Below, in pieces: positions 19,849 through 29,754 of a stretch of DNA of 64,000 nt. The notes beneath the pieces were generated by a model. The model searched no databases, was not told the DNA's origin, and saw only the letters and a list, made by a program, of their open reading frames with translations. Source of the stretch: a virus (lineage: Duplodnaviria; Caudoviricetes); IMG/VR virus record IMGVR_UViG_2700989080_000001, positions 1 to 64,000 of that record. One strand, given 5' to 3'. A program made the translations under genes and the position numbers. Within the stretch, counting starts at the first letter, position 1; every line of letters begins with the position of its first letter.

Positions 19849-20922
19849 GTGACTGTCGTTGAAGTTGACAACTTCCTAGCCCACTACGGTGTCAAAGGAA
19901 TGAAGTGGGGCGTTATTCGCGACAGAGATCGTGGATCTAGCTCTAGTTCTTCCGAGCCAAAGCCTGCTGGTCGTCGACAAGTTGCTCTAGAAGCAAAGTA
20001 CGTTCAGAAGGGACATTCGCTGGAAGACGCTCAGCAGAAAGCTGCCAGGCGAGCGAAGGTTCAAAAAGTTCTCTTGGTTGCTGGAGCAGTAACTCTTGCC
20101 GGCACTGCCGCTTACGTCGGACACAAAGAGTATGGAAAGCGTTTCACCGAGATCAGTCTTAAAGCCGGTACCGAACTCAAGTACATCAATGCAACAGGCC
20201 CAAACACTGATCTCAATCGACGTCTTTACACGACATTCAACGAAGCTGATACTAAAAAGTATCGAGGTATGTTGGCTAAACAGCTTCAGAAGAATAAAAG
20301 TGGGACGACGATCTACGAAACCGTTCTGACCGCCAAACAGGACATCAAAGCTCCTTCGCATAAACAGGCTGAGCAGGTTTTCAAAGACCTCGTTAAGTCT
20401 GGAGCTATGGACGTAAAGTTCTTTGGTAGGAACCAAACGTACAAGGAATTCAACGGAGATCTTGTGCGAGGTAATACTCCAGAAGCGAAAACCTTCTACG
20501 ATGCTCTCAAGAAAAAGGGTTTCAACGCTGTCTTGGATTCAAACGATCAGTTTGTTTCTGGTTATAACACGAAACATCCGTTGATCCTCTTTAACGCTGC
20601 TTCGAGCACTGTCAAGACTGGTGAGTCAGTGGTGAACCAGAAGACTATCGATGGTTTGTATAATCGCCAAGTGGCTGGGGTCATGGCTAGACAGTTCGCC
20701 CCTACGGTAGCTATGGGTGCGGCAGCTGTTGGTGCTCATCGATACATCGAGTCCAAGAGCAAGTATGCGACCGTTAACAAGTACATGGCCGAACATCCGA
20801 ACACGAAGCGATCGCCTGCTGAGATCTACGCGAGTCTTCAGGTGCAACCGAACGGTCTATACGAGGTTCCTGACCTTACCGCTGTAAGCAAGCCTCCGAA
20901 GAAAGGCGGTTCCAAGAAGTGA
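19849..20922 (+). CDS. HYGVKGMKWG-tag protein with possible ART-like domain, paralog of 18028
   Basis: Likely GTG start 19849; RLYTT...IYETVL...P...GFNAVLDSND...PLILFN. Confidence 0.6.
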   Translation: MTVVEVDNFLAHYGVKGMKWGVIRDRDRGSSSSSSEPKPAGRRQVALEAKYVQKGHSLEDAQQKAARRAKVQKVLLVAGAVTLAGTAAYVGHKEYGKRFTEISLKAGTELKYINATGPNTDLNRRLYTTFNEADTKKYRGMLAKQLQKNKSGTTIYETVLTAKQDIKAPSHKQAEQVFKDLVKSGAMDVKFFGRNQTYKEFNGDLVRGNTPEAKTFYDALKKKGFNAVLDSNDQFVSGYNTKHPLILFNAASSTVKTGESVVNQKTIDGLYNRQVAGVMARQFAPTVAMGAAAVGAHRYIESKSKYATVNKYMAEHPNTKRSPAEIYASLQVQPNGLYEVPDLTAVSKPPKKGGSKK

Positions 20923-21041
20923 AGCTCCTACTCAAGATTCTTGATGTTCTGATCGGTAACCGCCTAGATCGTCCCGAAGTTCGAGATCTCTATCTGAGGG
21001 ATCATCCGGAAGAGCGTCAAAATGGGAGTAGCAATGGATGA
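20919..21041 (+). CDS. Small hypothetical protein (40 aa)
   Basis: GTGA overlap with upstream stop; MKLLLKILDVLIG... Confidence 0.35.
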   Translation: MKLLLKILDVLIGNRLDRPEVRDLYLRDHPEERQNGSSNG

Positions 21042-21411
21042 TTCTATTGACAACTTCCTAGCTCACTATGGCGTCAAGGGCATGAAGTGGGGTCAACGCA
21101 AGAAGCACAAGGAGTCCAAGAAAGAATACAAGGCGAGAACCAAGAAGGAACTCGCCGAGTACAATGAGAAAAAGGCCTTCTCTATTGCTTCTCGCGCCGC
21201 GGTTGGTAAAGAGAACGTGATCGTGAAGACAAAGTTCGGCGGCGACACACACGGCAGCATTGTAACTGGAGAACAGTTCTATCAGCAGCTTGCTAGAGGT
21301 CGCGCTTTCGATATTCGAATCACTGAGATTTACGCTACTCGTAAAGCCGAAGGCGAACAGTTCACTCGCGCAGCTCTCTATCCTGCATACCAGAAGTCCG
21401 AACGGAGGTGA
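21034..21411 (+). CDS. HYGVKGMKWG-tag protein
   Basis: DNFLAHYGVKGMKWGQRK. Confidence 0.7.
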   Translation: MDDSIDNFLAHYGVKGMKWGQRKKHKESKKEYKARTKKELAEYNEKKAFSIASRAAVGKENVIVKTKFGGDTHGSIVTGEQFYQQLARGRAFDIRITEIYATRKAEGEQFTRAALYPAYQKSERR

Positions 21412-21957
21412 ATGATGGACGAAGATGTTGAGGATTTTCTAGCTCACTATGGTGTCAAAGGAATGAAGTGGGGTCAACGTAAGAACAACCTCGCCGGAGT
21501 TTCAGTCAAGACGAACCGTGATGCTCGTAAGGATGCACAGGAGTTCGCAAGAGCAAAGATGTTCTACGGAACCGGTGCTGGTAATCGACGAAAGCTCATC
21601 AAGACTACTGTCGAATCCAAGTCAAAGGATCCGAGTTACAAGGCAGCTTTCGATCATCATCTCGCCAACCAGGACATGGGGAAGCACGCTTCGAAGGCTA
21701 AGACTGAGCGGCGTCGCAAGGATGTCAGCAGCAAGACGACCAAGACGGCTCGTGGCGTTCATCGTCAGCTGACCGGAGGTTTCGGTAGCGTTTCTATGGC
21801 TTCGGCTCTTATCGCCGGCGCCTACATCGGTGCTCGAAAGACCGGTATCGATCAGGTCATCATTAACTCTGCGAAACAGAAGATGAACGACTTGTCGAGC
21901 AAGCAAAACGATAAGAAGAACGTCAACGACTGGATGAAGAAGAACGGGTTCCTCTGA
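21412..21957 (+). CDS. HYGVKGMKWG-tag protein
   Basis: EDFLAHYGVKGMKWGQRK; GGAGGTG RBS. Confidence 0.7.
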   Translation: MMDEDVEDFLAHYGVKGMKWGQRKNNLAGVSVKTNRDARKDAQEFARAKMFYGTGAGNRRKLIKTTVESKSKDPSYKAAFDHHLANQDMGKHASKAKTERRRKDVSSKTTKTARGVHRQLTGGFGSVSMASALIAGAYIGARKTGIDQVIINSAKQKMNDLSSKQNDKKNVNDWMKKNGFL

Positions 21958-21998
21958 TCCCCAACGTCGACACACCAAATGGAGAAAGGAGGTGACTT

Positions 21999-23339
21999 AT
22001 GGCTAGCGTCTCTAAAAAGCTGATGCATGCTTACAACGTTTTTACCGCAGTGGATCATCGTGAAACCTCGTCAAGCGAGTTTTACGGAATGTCTACTTAC
22101 GGTAGTCGTCCAGACCGTGTGAGAACACCGAACGTGATGGCTGCACGATCGATTATCTCATCGATCTATACTCGACTCGGAATCGATATTGCTTCTGTTC
22201 AGCTTCGACATGTTAAGTTGGACGATCAGGGTCGATTCTTGGAAGACATCAACAGCGGATTGAACAACTGTCTCACGGTCGAGGCCAATCTCGATCAGGG
22301 TTCTCGAGACTTTCGTCAGGACATCGCTATGACACTCTGCTCCAAGGGTTATTTGGCGATCGTTCCTATCGAGACTTCGCTCAATCCGAAGATCTCCGGC
22401 TCGTATGACATTCAAACCATGCGAGTTGGCGAAATCACGGCTTGGTATCCGAAGCACGTTCGTGTCAGTCTCTATAACGAGGCTGTTGGTCGGCGCGACG
22501 AGATCGTGGTCGAAAAGAAGCACGTTGCTGTCGTAACGAACCCTCTATATTCGATCATGAATGAGCCGAACTCGACTCTTCAACGTCTCGTCAGGAAACT
22601 GAGCCTCCTTGATTCGGTGGATGAAGCGTCTGCGTCGGGGAAACTTGACATGATCATTCAGCTTCCGTATGTCGTCAAGTCCGATGCTCGAAAGAAGCAG
22701 GCGGAACAGCGACGGTCCGACCTTGAGCAGCAGCTCACGGGAAGCAAGTACGGAATCGCTTACACGGACGGTACCGAGAAGATCACGCAGCTCAACCGTC
22801 CTGTCGAGAACAATCTCATGGGTCAGATCACATATCTCACCGGAGAGCTGTACGCGCAGCTTGGTTTGACGGCTGAGGTTATGAACGGTACTGCCGATGA
22901 GAAGACGATGCTGAACTATTGGAATCGAACCATCGAACCAATGGTCGCCTCCATCACCGAAGAGATGCATCGCACGTTCTTGACTAAGACCGCTCGAACT
23001 CAGAGGCAAGCGGTTCGATATTTCCGAGACCCTTTCCGTCTGGTTCCCATCGAGAACATCGCTGAGATCGCGGACAAGTTCACTCGAAATGAGATCCTTA
23101 CCTCTAACGAGATTCGTCAGGTGGTCGGCTTCAGGCCGGCCGGCGATCCCAAGGCTGACCAGCTAGTCAATAGCAACATGCCTCAGGCAATCACGGGTGC
23201 TTCTGGTGAAACTCCTGCTCCGTCTCAGACTCCGTCGGCCGACCCCAACGAAGAGAAGACTTCGACGTTGGTGAATAGCGGACTGGATGCTCTGAACTCC
23301 CAGCTTGACGGTATATTTGACGACCTGGGAGGAGAATGA
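21999..23339 (+). CDS. Portal protein
   Basis: 446 aa, between terminase and capsid; NEILTSNEIR C-terminal portal motif. Confidence 0.85.
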   Translation: MASVSKKLMHAYNVFTAVDHRETSSSEFYGMSTYGSRPDRVRTPNVMAARSIISSIYTRLGIDIASVQLRHVKLDDQGRFLEDINSGLNNCLTVEANLDQGSRDFRQDIAMTLCSKGYLAIVPIETSLNPKISGSYDIQTMRVGEITAWYPKHVRVSLYNEAVGRRDEIVVEKKHVAVVTNPLYSIMNEPNSTLQRLVRKLSLLDSVDEASASGKLDMIIQLPYVVKSDARKKQAEQRRSDLEQQLTGSKYGIAYTDGTEKITQLNRPVENNLMGQITYLTGELYAQLGLTAEVMNGTADEKTMLNYWNRTIEPMVASITEEMHRTFLTKTARTQRQAVRYFRDPFRLVPIENIAEIADKFTRNEILTSNEIRQVVGFRPAGDPKADQLVNSNMPQAITGASGETPAPSQTPSADPNEEKTSTLVNSGLDALNSQLDGIFDDLGGE

Positions 23340-23340
23340 G

Positions 23341-23991
23341 TTGGCGTCTCGATCCGAGCTCTTCCTTGAGGCGGTGTTTCAAGATCGTCGCACTCTGATC
23401 CACGAATACGACCCCGTCAAGGCCCGCGAGTATTATTTGCGTACTCGAGAGCTCAAGGGTCGTCAGCCAGCCCAGGCCGAAGAGCCTGAGTCGGTTCGTA
23501 ACGCTCGGCAAGCAGCTGCTGCGGCTGAAGAAGCTAAGCAGAAAGTTGAAGCTGAGCGTAAGTCTCGTCGACAAGAACTGAAAGCTAAACTTGCTGATTT
23601 GGAGGCTCGACTCAAAAAGTTGAACGCCGCCATCAAACAAGCTAAGGCTGCAGCGATGCGTCGAGCAGGGGTCTCTGAAGAAACCCTGAACCGAATGATC
23701 ACCCAAGAGGTGAAGAGTCCCGGTAGTTCCAAAGGCATGAAAGACGAAGCCAAGGACTCGAAGGATTCGAAAGACTCGTCCGACTCTTCTGATGACAAAC
23801 CGAAAACTGCCGCGCAAAAACGAAAAGATGCCAAGGCGGCAAAAGAGCGGTATGAAGAAGAGAAAGATAAGAATCCCGAAGCTAATGACGGCGATGCTGA
23901 GCTTCAAGAACTACAGGACAAAGTCGATTCGACTGCTGAGCGAATCGAGAAACTTCAAAAGAGAGTTCAAGCCATCGCCAGGATTGGCTGA
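23341..23991 (+). CDS. Coiled-coil head-associated protein
   Basis: TTG start after GGAGGAG; LIHEYDPVKAREYYLRTRELKGR then charged coiled coil. Confidence 0.55.
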   Translation: MASRSELFLEAVFQDRRTLIHEYDPVKAREYYLRTRELKGRQPAQAEEPESVRNARQAAAAAEEAKQKVEAERKSRRQELKAKLADLEARLKKLNAAIKQAKAAAMRRAGVSEETLNRMITQEVKSPGSSKGMKDEAKDSKDSKDSSDSSDDKPKTAAQKRKDAKAAKERYEEEKDKNPEANDGDAELQELQDKVDSTAERIEKLQKRVQAIARIG

Positions 23992-23999
23992 AAGGAAAC

Positions 24000-24119
24000 A
24001 TGATGGTTCACGTATTTCAGTTTGATCCTATCAAGCTCGACTTCGTTGCCACTGATGGAAGTCGATTCGACAGCGAACAGGAAGCGAGCCGACATGTCTA
24101 CAAACTCAACGGCTCTTAG
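24000..24119 (+). CDS. Small hypothetical protein (39 aa)
   Basis: GAAAGGA RBS; fills gap before capsid gene. Confidence 0.35.
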   Translation: MMVHVFQFDPIKLDFVATDGSRFDSEQEASRHVYKLNGS

Positions 24120-24142
24120 TAAACGATACGTAAGAAAGGGGG

Positions 24143-26290
24143 ATGACCCACATGCAACCTGATTTCAGCGGGTACGCGACCAAGGCGAATCTCAGGTGCT
24201 CCGATGGTCGGACCATCCTGCCTGATGCTTTCAAGCACATGGACGGCATGCAGGTTCCTCTCGTCTGGCAGCACGCCCACAACGAACCGACCAATGTGCT
24301 CGGTCATGCCCTCCTAGAGGCCCGTGACGGAAGCATGTACTGCTACGGGTTCTTCAACGACACCGATGCCGGCAAGCAGGCAAAGGGTCTAGTCGCTCAC
24401 GGCGACATCAACGCACTTTCGATTTACGCCAATAAGTTGGAAGAGCACAACAAGGCGGTCAAGCACGGTCAGATCCGCGAAGTAAGTCTCGTGTTGGCCG
24501 GAGCAAATCCCGGAGCTTTGATCGACAACGTCAACATTGCTCATGGCGATGGGTCGATCACCACTCTGGATGGTGAAGCCCTTATTTACACCGACGAACT
24601 GCTCGAGCTCACACACTCAGAAGAGGACAACATGACTATCGCACATGCTGAAGACGAGGATCTCACCGTTCAGGACGTCTTCGAGACGATGAATGAGCAG
24701 CAGCAGGAAGTTGTTCATTTCCTGGTCGGAGAGGCCCTCGCTGGAGCTTCCGCAAGTCACGCCGCCGGCGATGATGAGGAAGACGACGGCAAGGACAAGA
24801 CCGTTCAGGACATCTTCGAGAGCATGACCGAAGAGCAGAAGAACGTCGTCTTCTTCATGGTCGGACAGGCCCTCGAAGAAGCCGGTAAGGGCTCCGATAA
24901 GCCTGCGGACAACAAGTCCGATGACAAGTCCGACGACAAGACCGCCAAGCACGCAGATACCTCCTCGGAAGGAAACACCATCATGAGCCACAACGTCTTC
25001 GAGCGCGCTGCCCTTTCGGCCGATGACACCAGCAAGACCCTCAGCCACTCGGAGCTCGTTGAGGCCACGTCGAGCATCTTCTCGGCCGCTGCCCGCACCG
25101 GTTCCGTCAAGGAGGCCGCTGAGGAGTACGCCCTCAAGCACGGCATCGAGGACATCGACGTCCTGTTCCCGGATGCCAAGGCTGTCACCACCACGCCTGA
25201 GTTCATCAAGCGTCGCACCGAGTGGGTTTCCGAGGTCATGAGCGCCTCGCGCCACACCCCGTTCTCGCGGATCAAGAGCCTGACGGCCAACCTGACCTTC
25301 GACGACGCCCGTGCCAAGGGCTACGTCAAGGGCAACATGAAGAAGGAAGAGTTCTTCCGGGTCGCCAAGCGAGTCACCACCCCGCAGACCGTCTACAAGA
25401 AGCAGAAGCTGGATCGGGACGATGTCCTGGACATCACCGACTTCGATGTGGTCGCGTGGCTCAAGGGTGAGATGCGCCTCATGCTCGACGAGGAGATCGC
25501 TCGCGCGGTTCTGATCGGCGACGGTCGCTCGGCTGAGGACGAGGACAAGATCTCGGAGGAGCACATCCGTCCGATCGCCAACGACAGCGACCTCTTCGTC
25601 ACCTACGTCAACGTCGACCTGAGCGGTGGCGCTGCCGACAAGATCGTCGACGCCCTGACCCTGCAGCGTCGTCACTACCGTGGATCGGGCAACCCGACCT
25701 TCTTCACCAGCGAGACCGTTCTCGCTCAGATGCTGCTGCACAAGGATTCGCTGGGTCGTCGCATCTACGCGACCGTCGCGGATCTCGCTGCTGCTCTGCG
25801 TGTTTCGAAGATCACCACGGTCGAGATCATGGATCAGCCGTCGGTGGACGTCGTTGGCATCATGGTCAACATGCAGGACTACACCATCGGTGCGGACAAG
25901 GGCGGCGACGTCTCGCTGTTCGACGACTTCGACATCGACTACAACCAGCACAAGTACCTCATCGAGTCCCGTCTGTCGGGCGCCCTCACGCGTCCCAAGT
26001 CGGCTCTCGTGGTCAAGGCTGTTGCCAAGTCCTCCACGCTGGTCACCCCCGAGGCTCCGGAGTGGGATGACGAGGCCAAGACCGTGACGGTTCCGACCGT
26101 TACCGGTGTCGTCTACAAGAACAAGAAGACGAACGCCACCCTGACCACGGCTTCGCCCGTCACCCTGAACGCGGGTGAAGAGCTGCACGTGATCGCCCTG
26201 CCGGCCTCGACGAGCTACTACCTGGCCTCGACCGCTGAGGACGAGTTCCTCTTCGATTACGAGGATGGCATGCTCGGCGGCGCATTCTGA
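24143..26290 (+). CDS. Prohead protease-scaffold-major capsid fusion protein
   Basis: HK97-type protease motifs (VPLVWQH, LSIYAN, IREVSLV...ANPGA), two acidic scaffold repeats, capsid body; strongest codon bias in the window. Confidence 0.88.
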   Translation: MTHMQPDFSGYATKANLRCSDGRTILPDAFKHMDGMQVPLVWQHAHNEPTNVLGHALLEARDGSMYCYGFFNDTDAGKQAKGLVAHGDINALSIYANKLEEHNKAVKHGQIREVSLVLAGANPGALIDNVNIAHGDGSITTLDGEALIYTDELLELTHSEEDNMTIAHAEDEDLTVQDVFETMNEQQQEVVHFLVGEALAGASASHAAGDDEEDDGKDKTVQDIFESMTEEQKNVVFFMVGQALEEAGKGSDKPADNKSDDKSDDKTAKHADTSSEGNTIMSHNVFERAALSADDTSKTLSHSELVEATSSIFSAAARTGSVKEAAEEYALKHGIEDIDVLFPDAKAVTTTPEFIKRRTEWVSEVMSASRHTPFSRIKSLTANLTFDDARAKGYVKGNMKKEEFFRVAKRVTTPQTVYKKQKLDRDDVLDITDFDVVAWLKGEMRLMLDEEIARAVLIGDGRSAEDEDKISEEHIRPIANDSDLFVTYVNVDLSGGAADKIVDALTLQRRHYRGSGNPTFFTSETVLAQMLLHKDSLGRRIYATVADLAAALRVSKITTVEIMDQPSVDVVGIMVNMQDYTIGADKGGDVSLFDDFDIDYNQHKYLIESRLSGALTRPKSALVVKAVAKSSTLVTPEAPEWDDEAKTVTVPTVTGVVYKNKKTNATLTTASPVTLNAGEELHVIALPASTSYYLASTAEDEFLFDYEDGMLGGAF

Positions 26291-26301
26291 TCTGAGTCAG
26301 A

Positions 26302-26655
26302 ATGGCTAAATTCTGCGGTGTAGTTGGTTACGGCAACTCCGTGGAATCTCCTCCGGGATCGGGCGTCTGGATTAACCAAGTTGTAGAACGAAAGTACTAC
26401 GGCGACGTTGTCCGGACTGCCCGATCCCTGAGGGAGGGAGAGAATCTCCACGACGATATTACTGTCAGCAACTCGATTTCCATCGTGGCTGATGCGTATG
26501 CGCGCAATAATTTCGTCAACATGCTATATGTTCAGTGGTCGGGGGCACGTTGGGTCGTCTCAAATGTCGATGCGACGTCGCCCCCGAGGTTGGTCTTGCA
26601 GTTGGGAGGGATCTACAATGGCGAAACCCCGGAGCCAGCTCCAGGCAATCCTTAG
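26302..26655 (+). CDS. Head closure/head-tail stopper
   Basis: Position after capsid; KF.G.VGY...GVW...YYGD...SNSISIVAD. Confidence 0.65.
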   Translation: MAKFCGVVGYGNSVESPPGSGVWINQVVERKYYGDVVRTARSLREGENLHDDITVSNSISIVADAYARNNFVNMLYVQWSGARWVVSNVDATSPPRLVLQLGGIYNGETPEPAPGNP

Positions 26656-26920
26656 TCAGATCGCCCCCAACGTATATTTCCAGCCGCCGAACAACTTGCA
26701 GATGAAGTACCCGTGCATCGTCTACAACCGTGAGGCTACGGATACTGAGTTCGCGGACAATAGTCCGTATCGACATACCAAGCGATATTCAGTCACCGTC
26801 ATCGACAAGAATCCGGACAGTCCGATACCGGACAAGGTCGCTCAACTCCCTATGTGCGTACACAACCGGTTCTTTGTCAATGATGGATTGAATCACGACG
26901 CTTTTTCATTGTACTTCTAA
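26618..26920 (+). CDS. Tail terminator/completion protein
   Basis: Start MAKPRSQL; NVYFQPP...YPCIVY. Confidence 0.7.
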   Translation: MAKPRSQLQAILSQIAPNVYFQPPNNLQMKYPCIVYNREATDTEFADNSPYRHTKRYSVTVIDKNPDSPIPDKVAQLPMCVHNRFFVNDGLNHDAFSLYF

Positions 26921-26935
26921 CAAGGAGCCATAAAC

Positions 26936-27823
26936 ATGGTTGCAATTCAGTGGGACAAGTCCGGCGAGCGGCTCTACGAGACCGGCGTCGATCACGGTGT
27001 CCTCTACATCCCCGATGCACAGGGCAAGTACGAGACCGGCTATGCCTGGAACGGTCTGACCTCGATCTCCGAGGCCCCCTCGGGTGCTGAGTCCAATCCG
27101 CAGTACGCGGACAACATCAAGTACCTGGACCTCATTTCGGCGGAGGAGTTCGGCGCCACCATCGAGGCCTTCACCTACCCCGAGGCGTTTGCTCAGTGCG
27201 ACGGTACCGCTCTCATCGGCGGCATCCAGATCGCTCAGCAGGTTCGTCGTAAGTTCGGTCTTTCCTACCGGACCCTCGTCGGCAACGACCTTGTCGGTAC
27301 GGACTACGGCTACAAGCTTCATCTGATCTACGGTTGCCAGGCGGCTCCGTCGGAGAAGTCGCGGTCGACGGTCAACGATTCGCCCGAGGCTGCCACGTTC
27401 AGCTGGGAGATCACGACCAGCCCGGTCGAGGTTCCCGGAATCAACCCGGTGACCAACAAGCCCTTCCGCCCCACCGCTCACCTGGTGATCGATTCGACCA
27501 AGGTGACGTCTGCGAAGCTGCAGGCGCTCGAGGAGATCCTCTACGGTACCGCCGGCGTCGATCCTCGGATGCCTTACCCGGCAGAGGTTCTGTCGATGTT
27601 CGAAGGTGACGTCATCGAGGTCAACCCGACGGCACCGACCTACAGCTCCGCGACCAAGACGATCACCATCCCGACGACCCCCGGTGTCGTGTACAAGATC
27701 GACGGCAACCCGGTCTCGGGCAGCGTCGTCATCACCGAGGACACCGTCGTCGTTGCCGAGCCGGCTCCGGGCTACAAGTTCCCGTCGGTCACGGATGACG
27801 ACTGGCTGTTCGACTACGCGTAA
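26936..27823 (+). CDS. Major tail protein
   Basis: WD..GER.YETGVDHGVLY...AWNGL...YADNIKY; high codon bias. Confidence 0.85.
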   Translation: MVAIQWDKSGERLYETGVDHGVLYIPDAQGKYETGYAWNGLTSISEAPSGAESNPQYADNIKYLDLISAEEFGATIEAFTYPEAFAQCDGTALIGGIQIAQQVRRKFGLSYRTLVGNDLVGTDYGYKLHLIYGCQAAPSEKSRSTVNDSPEAATFSWEITTSPVEVPGINPVTNKPFRPTAHLVIDSTKVTSAKLQALEEILYGTAGVDPRMPYPAEVLSMFEGDVIEVNPTAPTYSSATKTITIPTTPGVVYKIDGNPVSGSVVITEDTVVVAEPAPGYKFPSVTDDDWLFDYA

Positions 27824-27854
27824 GGTCTCTTCATTCGAGAGTGAAGGTTAAGGT

Positions 27855-28409
27855 ATGCTCCAGCTCGACGTCGTTATGAAAGAGGACTTCAATGACGACA
27901 CTCAAGAGTTCATCATCACTACATGGCCGTTGCGGCTGGAGCACTCCTTAGTTTCATTGTCAAAATGGGAGTCTAAGTACGAGAAACCATTCATCTCTAC
28001 TGACAAGTCTGAGGAAGAGATTCTGGATTATGTGCTGATGATGGACTTGAGTGACGATACTCCCCCGGAGGTTTATCACAACATCAGCAATGAGCAGTTT
28101 CTCCAGATCAATGAACACATCAACGCCAAGAAGACGGCCACCTGGTTCAGTGACAACAAGAAGAACAAGAAATCTCGTCAGATCGTCACCAGTGAGCTGA
28201 TTTATTACTGGATGACATCGTATGAAATCCCTTGGGTTGCTGAGACTTGGCATCTGAATCGGTTGTTCACATTGATCGAAGTCTTCAATGCTGAAAGAAG
28301 TAGCGAACAGAAGACAAACAAACCAACTCGTTCCGAGGCAGAACGTCTTGCGGCTGAGCGAAGGGCTCTGAATGAGCAGCGAAGGAAAGAGTTGGGGACC
28401 AGTGGCTAA
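27855..28409 (+). CDS. Tail assembly chaperone
   Basis: Follows MTP; LEHSLVSLSKWESK, WHLNRL. Confidence 0.65.
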   Translation: MLQLDVVMKEDFNDDTQEFIITTWPLRLEHSLVSLSKWESKYEKPFISTDKSEEEILDYVLMMDLSDDTPPEVYHNISNEQFLQINEHINAKKTATWFSDNKKNKKSRQIVTSELIYYWMTSYEIPWVAETWHLNRLFTLIEVFNAERSSEQKTNKPTRSEAERLAAERRALNEQRRKELGTSG

Positions 28410-28427
28410 CATTCGAGAGGAGGTCGG

Positions 28428-29231
28428 ATGACCAAGATCGACTGGAACAATGTCGGACAGCGACGCTATGAAGTTGGTATTGACCGAGGCGTCCTTTACC
28501 TTCCGAGCGAAAACGTGGCTGTTCCGTGGAACGGATTGATTTCCGTCGACGAGGTTTCCGACACCACCATTGAGCCACTCTATTTGAATGGCGTCAAGTA
28601 TTTCGACTACGTCTCTCGGGGCGACTACAAAGGTACGTTGAAAGCTTACACGTATCCTGAAGAGTTCGAACTTTACGATGGCGTTCGTGAATCCCCAGGT
28701 AACGGCATTTTTGTCACCGGACAGATTCCGACAGGAACATTCCATCTGTCTTACCGAACGCTGGTCGGAAACGATGTCGAAGGAATCAACGGCGGTTACA
28801 AGATCCACATCTTGTACAACTTGACCGCCAAGCCCTCGAACAAGTCGTACACAACTCTGGCCAACAACCCTAGCGGGTATGCGTTCAGTTGGGAATTGTC
28901 TTCGGTTCCCGTGGAAGCATTCAATCTTCGACCGACCTCACATATTATCTTCGATACGACCAAGATGCATGAGAGTGCGATCTACGAGATCGAACGTGTT
29001 ATTTACGGGACGGCGACTACTGAGCCTAGAATTCTGTCTCCTGACGAGTTTGAGCTCCTGACGAACACCGCACCGGAGATCACCATCGTTGACAATGGCG
29101 ATGGTACCTGGAGTGCTACGGGCTCCGACTACTACATCAAGGCTAACCGAGCCTTTGGTGAGTTCACCATTCTCAAGGCTAATGCCGAATACATTGACGA
29201 AGTTACCTACGATATTTCGTCGAACGAATAG
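28428..29231 (+). CDS. Major tail protein paralog
   Basis: Aligns by eye with 26936 (YEVGIDRGVLY, WNGL, AYTYPEEF, LSYRTLVGND, YKIHILY). Confidence 0.75.
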   Translation: MTKIDWNNVGQRRYEVGIDRGVLYLPSENVAVPWNGLISVDEVSDTTIEPLYLNGVKYFDYVSRGDYKGTLKAYTYPEEFELYDGVRESPGNGIFVTGQIPTGTFHLSYRTLVGNDVEGINGGYKIHILYNLTAKPSNKSYTTLANNPSGYAFSWELSSVPVEAFNLRPTSHIIFDTTKMHESAIYEIERVIYGTATTEPRILSPDEFELLTNTAPEITIVDNGDGTWSATGSDYYIKANRAFGEFTILKANAEYIDEVTYDISSNE

Positions 29232-29244
29232 TTAGGAGACAGTC

Positions 29245-29754
29245 ATGGCGCAAGTAACCGTCAGGTCGCTGACCGCAGAGCGAATGATCGAGATTGAGCA
29301 GTCGGCCATCGTCTCCGGCGTCGTTCAGGGCGATATTCTCATCCTCGTCACTAAGGCTGGCGCCAACATCACCGCTGGTAACGTTCGTGGCCCCAAGGGT
29401 GACAAGGGCGTCAAGGGCGACACTGGAGCTCCCGGTGGTGTTCAGATCGGTGGCAACATCGGCGGAACGCTTTCGGTCCCAAAGGTCACTGGTGTTCTGG
29501 ATAACACGGTTAACGTCACCAGCACATTTGCGAAGGGTATGTACGATGACGGCCGCGGTGGCGGTCCCGTTGAGATCTCCATGTCGATGGCGGATATTCT
29601 CACCACGCTTCTCAACTTGAACGCTGAGTCCGTCGGCGCTGTGAAAGCATCGGGTAAGACTAAAGAACTTTGGACCGGCACTCAGGCTGAATGGAATGCT
29701 CTTCCAACGGCAACAAGGAATGCCCCAGGCTTCGTGGCGGTGATCGTGGGATGA
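29245..29754 (+). CDS. Minor tail protein with short collagen-like segment
   Basis: GPKGDKGVKGDTGAPG; WTGTQAEW C-terminal motif. Confidence 0.6.
   Translation: MAQVTVRSLTAERMIEIEQSAIVSGVVQGDILILVTKAGANITAGNVRGPKGDKGVKGDTGAPGGVQIGGNIGGTLSVPKVTGVLDNTVNVTSTFAKGMYDDGRGGGPVEISMSMADILTTLLNLNAESVGAVKASGKTKELWTGTQAEWNALPTATRNAPGFVAVIVG

Noticed and set aside
24617-26188. Long minus-strand ORFs (also 67-1311, 5717-6727, 50303-51457, 54641-55582)
   Set aside because: Antisense shadows of strongly codon-biased + strand genes; no motifs recognised.
27855-28430. Programmed frameshift in the tail assembly chaperone
   Set aside because: No clear slippery heptamer or overlapping second frame; the next gene is an MTP paralog.
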